DNA of 28,641 nt from Macrostomum lignano (taxonomy: Eukaryota), in the NCBI GenBank assembly GCA_002269645.1, contig NIVC01005008.1, forward strand, positions 1 through 28,641, read 5' to 3'. The notes under the pieces are model-generated. The model made no database searches, was not told the DNA's origin, and worked only from the letters and a program-made list of their open reading frames with translations. Made by a program: the position numbers and the translations under genes. This document shows, piece after piece, positions 25,174-28,641 of this stretch (the first letter of the stretch is position 1; each line of letters begins with the position of its first letter).

Positions 25174-26085
25174 CTATTAGCAGTAGCTTTGGCGCTCTAT
25201 TAGCAGTAGCTTTGGCGCTCTATTAGCAGTAGCTTTGGCCCTATTAGCAGTAGCTTTGGCCCTATTAGCAGTAGCTTTGGTGCCTATTAGCAGTAGCTTT
25301 GGTGCCCTATTAGCAGTAGCTTTGGCGCCTATTAGCAGTAGCTTTGGCCCTATTAGCAGTAGCTTTGGCGCTCTATTAGCAGTAGCTTTGGCGCTCTATT
25401 AGCAGTAGCTTTGGCGCTCTATTAGCAGTAGCTTTGGCGCTCTATTAGCAGTAGCTTTGGCGCTCTATTAGCAGTAGCTTTGGCGCCTATTAGCAGTAGC
25501 TTTGGCGCTCTATTAGCAGTAGCTTTGGCGCTCTATTAGCAGTAGCTTTGGCCCTATTAGCAGTAGCTTTGGTCTCTATTAGCAGTAGCTTTGGCGCCTA
25601 TTAGCAGTAGCTTTGGCGCTCTATTAGCAGTAGCTTTGGCGCTCTATTAGCAGTAGCTTTGGCGCTCTATTAGCAGTAGCTTTGGCGCTCTATTAGCAGT
25701 AGCTTTGGCCCTATTAGCAGTAGCTTTGGCGCCTATTAGCAGTAGCTTTGGTGCTCTATTAGCAGTAGCTTTGGCGCTCTATTAGCAGTAGCTTTGGCGC
25801 TCTATTAGCAGTAGCTTTGGCGCTATTAGCAGTAGCTTTGGTGCCTATTAGCAGTAGCTTTGGTGCCCTATTAGCAGTAGCTTTGGCGCCTATTAGCAGT
25901 AGCTTTGGTGCTATTAGCAGTAGCTTTGGCGCTCTATTAGCAGTAGCTTTGGCGCTCTATTAGCAGTAGCTTTGGCGCTCTATTAGCAGTAGCTTTGGCC
26001 CTATTAGCAGTAGCTTTGGCCCTATTAGCAGTAGCTTTGGTGCCTATTAGCAGTAGCTTTGGTGCCCTATTAGCAGTAGCTTTGG
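25174..26085. repeat. Internal repeated variant string: 25174-25325 identical to 25934-26085 (linkers CGCTC, CGCTC, CCC, CCC, TGCC, TGCCC)
   Basis: 152-bp identity at offset 760, including four consecutive minority linkers in the same order. Confidence 0.65.
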
Positions 26086-28410
26086 TGCCTATTAGCAGTA
26101 GCTTTGGCGCCTATTAGCAGTAGCTTTGGCGCTCTATTAGCAGTAGCTTTGGCGCTCTATTAGCAGTAGCTTTGGCGCCTATTAGCAGTAGCTTTGGTGC
26201 CTATTAGCAGTAGCTTTGGTGCCTATTAGCAGTAGCTTTGGTGCCCTATTAGCAGTAGCTTTGGTGCCCTATTAGCAGTAGCTTTGGCGCTCTATTAGCA
26301 GTAGCTTTGGCGCTCTATTAGCAGTAGCTTTGGCGCTCTATTAGCAGTAGCTTTGGCGCTCTATTAGCAGTAGCTTTGGCGCTCTATTAGCAGTAGCTTT
26401 GGCGCTCTATTAGCAGTAGCTTTGGCGCCTATTAGCAGTAGCTTTGGCGCTCTATTAGCAGTAGCTTTGGCGCTCTATTAGCAGTAGCTTTGGCGCTCTA
26501 TTAGCAGTAGCTTTGGCGCTCTATTAGCAGTAGCTTTGGCGCTCTATTAGCAGTAGCTTTGGCGCTCTATTAGCAGTAGCTTTGGCGCTCTATTAGCAGT
26601 AGCTTTGGCGCTCTATTAGCAGTAGCTTTGGCGCTCTATTAGCAGTAGCTTTGGCGCTCTATTAGCAGTAGCTTTGGCGCTCTATTAGCAGTAGCTTTGG
26701 CGCTCTATTAGCAGTAGCTTTGGCGCTCTATTAGCAGTAGCTTTGGCGCTCTATTAGCAGTAGCTTTGGCGCTCTATTAGCAGTAGCTTTGGCGCCTATT
26801 AGCAGTAGCTTTGGCGCCTATTAGCAGTAGCTTTGGCGCCTATTAGCAGTAGCTTTGGCGCTCTATTAGCAGTAGCTTTGGCGCCTATTAGCAGTAGCTT
26901 TGGCGCTCTATTAGCAGTAGCTTTGGCGCTCTATTAGCAGTAGCTTTGGCGCTCTATTAGCAGTAGCTTTGGCGCCTCTATTAGCAGTAGCTTTGGCGCT
27001 CTATTAGCAGTAGCTTTGGCTATTAGCAGTAGCTTTGGCGCTATTAGCAGTAGCTTTGGCGCTCTATTAGCAGTAGCTTTGGCGCTCTATTAGCAGTAGC
27101 TTTGGCGCCTATTAGCAGTAGCTTTGGCCCTATTAGCAGTAGCTTTGGTCCCTATTAGCAGTAGCTTTGGCGCCTATTAGCAGTAGCTTTGGTGCTCTAT
27201 TAGCAGTAGCTTTGGCGCTCTATTAGCAGTAGCTTTGGCGCTCTATTAGCAGTAGCTTTGGCGCCTATTAGCAGTAGCTTTGGCGCCTATTAGCAGTAGC
27301 TTTGGCGCCTATTAGCAGTAGCTTTGGCGCTCTATTAGCAGTAGCTTTGGCGCTCTATTAGCAGTAGCTTTGGCGCTCTATTAGCAGTAGCTTTGGCGCT
27401 CTATTAGCAGTAGCTTTGGCGCTCTATTAGCAGTAGCTTTGGCGCTATTAGCAGTAGCTTTGGCGCTCTATTAGCAGTAGCTTTGGTGCTCTATTAGCAG
27501 TAGCTTTGGCGCTCTATTAGCAGTAGCTTTGGCGCTCTATTAGCAGTAGCTTTGGCGCTCTATTAGCAGTAGCTTTGGCGCCTATTAGCAGTAGCTTTGG
27601 CGCCTATTAGCAGTAGCTTTGGTGCCTATTAGCAGTAGCTTTGGTGCCTATTAGCAGTAGCTTTGGCCCTATTAGCAGTAGCTTTGGTGCCTATTAGCAG
27701 TAGCTTTGGCGCTCTATTAGCAGTAGCTTTGGCGCTCTATTAGCAGTAGCTTTGGCCCTATTAGCAGTAGCTTTGGCGCCTATTAGCAGTAGCTTTGGTG
27801 CCCTATTAGCAGTAGCTTTGGGCCCTATTAGCAGTAGCTTTGGTCCCTATTAGCAGTAGCTTTGGCCCTATTAGCAGTAGCTTTGGCGCTCTATTAGCAG
27901 TAGCTTTGGCGCTCTATTAGCAGTAGCTTTGGCGCTATTAGCAGTAGCTTTGGCGCTCTATTAGCAGTAGCTTTGGCGCTCTATTAGCAGTAGCTTTGGC
28001 GCTCTATTAGCAGTAGCTTTGGCGCTCTATTAGCAGTAGCTTTGGCGCTCTATTAGCAGTAGCTTTGGCGCTCTATTAGCAGTAGCTTTGCCTATTAGCA
28101 GTAGCTTTGGCGCTCTATTAGCAGTAGCTTTGGCGCCTATTAGCAGTAGCTTTGGCGCCCTATTAGCAGTAGCTTTGGCGCTCTATTAGCAGTAGCTTTG
28201 GCGCCTCTATTAGCAGTAGCTTTGGTGCCTATTAGCAGTAGCTTTGGTGCCTATTAGCAGTAGCTTTGGCGATATTAGCAGTAGCTTTGGCGCTCTATTA
28301 GCAGTAGCTTTGGCCTCTATTAGCAGTAGCTTTGGCGCTCTATTAGCAGTAGCTTTGGCGCCTATTAGCAGTAGCTTTGGCCCTATTAGCAGTAGCTTTG
28401 GTGCCCTATT

Positions 28411-28641
28411 AGCAGTAGCTTGGCGCTATTAGCAGTAGCTTTGTGCCCTATTAGCAGTAGCTTTGGCCCAATTAGCAGTAGCTTTGGTGCCGCTATTAGC
28501 AGTAGCTTTGGCGCTCTATTAGCAGTAGCTTTGGCGCTCTATTAGCAGTAGCTTGCGCTATTAGCAGTAGCTTTGGTGCGCTATTAGCAGTAGCTGGCGC
28601 CCTATTAGCAGTAGCTTTGGCGCCTATTAGCAGTAGCTTGG
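28411..28641. other. Degenerate terminal segment of the array (core lesions concentrated at the window end)
   Basis: About six of the last ~10 cores are damaged: TTT>TT (~28421, ~28554, ~28639), TTT>T (~28595), GG>G (~28443, ~28555) and TATT>AATT (28470). Only about five core lesions occur in the preceding 28.4 kb. Confidence 0.85.

Larger units (their letters stand above)
39..28641. repeat. Giant tandem array (~28.6 kb, ~1,260 units): 18-bp core TATTAGCAGTAGCTTTGG + variable 1-7-nt linker; consensus unit TATTAGCAGTAGCTTTGGCGCTC (23 bp)
   Basis: Read directly. The core recurs head-to-tail in one orientation from the partial first copy (AGCAGTAGCTTTGG at 39) to the window end, with no unique insertions or inversions seen. 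Units are 19-25 bp (shortest linker C at 7671 and 27020; longest TGCGCTC at 6345-6351), plus one 15-bp deleted unit at 8877-8891. Confidence 0.99.

Noticed and set aside
28244-28432. Supplied 62-aa ORF (MVPISSSFGDISSSFG...)
   Set aside because: Same cause: chance frame preservation by variant linkers in the error-rich terminal zone.
39-28641. CRISPR array (constant repeat + variable spacer)
   Set aside because: The 'spacers' are 1-7 nt, drawn from a small recurring set and mostly identical. The repeat is only 18 bp, and no leader or cas gene is present.
39-28641. DRT2/neo-type endless ORF in a concatemer
   Set aside because: The period is not a multiple of 3 and both strands have stops in every core, so no long ORF can exist.
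39-28641. Known telomere motif (TTAGGG family, C. albicans 23-mer, K. lactis 25-mer)
   Set aside because: It shares only TTAG and the unit length; there is no G-run beyond GG and no match to motifs I recall. An unknown telomere motif remains possible (see findings).
39-28641. Strict higher-order repeat with fixed multi-unit period
   Set aside because: Reading the linker order end to end showed only short repeated strings at unrelated offsets (580, 760, 4219), not a regular period.
39-28641. G-quadruplex-forming array
   Set aside because: There is essentially one GG per unit, separated by ~20-nt loops, which is not a credible G4 motif.

Overview
Almost the whole window (39-28641) is one head-to-tail tandem array of roughly 1,260 copies (estimated from length divided by a ~22.6-bp mean period). 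It is preceded by only 38 bp of unique sequence. Each unit is a near-invariant 18-bp core, TATTAGCAGTAGCTTTGG, plus a variable 1-7-nt linker that almost always ends in C. CGCTC dominates (23-bp unit), followed by CGCC, then CCC, CGC, TGCCC, TGCC and more than a dozen rarer forms. I find no credible gene, RNA gene, mobile element or CRISPR array, and both supplied ORFs are by-products of the repeat. The structure worth attention lies in the linker order: CpG-containing and CpG-lacking linkers form patches, C>T changes are strand-asymmetric, some rare variants occur only in the left part, rare variant strings recur, the centre is homogeneous, and the core decays in the last ~230 bp. The array starts in a 6-bp-stem inverted repeat formed with the unique flank. 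A constant core with a ragged junction fits iterative copying of a short template (telomerase-like or RT-like). It also fits an ordinary satellite/minisatellite or a long-read, consensus or amplification artefact, and sequence alone cannot separate these. All variant counts are hand counts.
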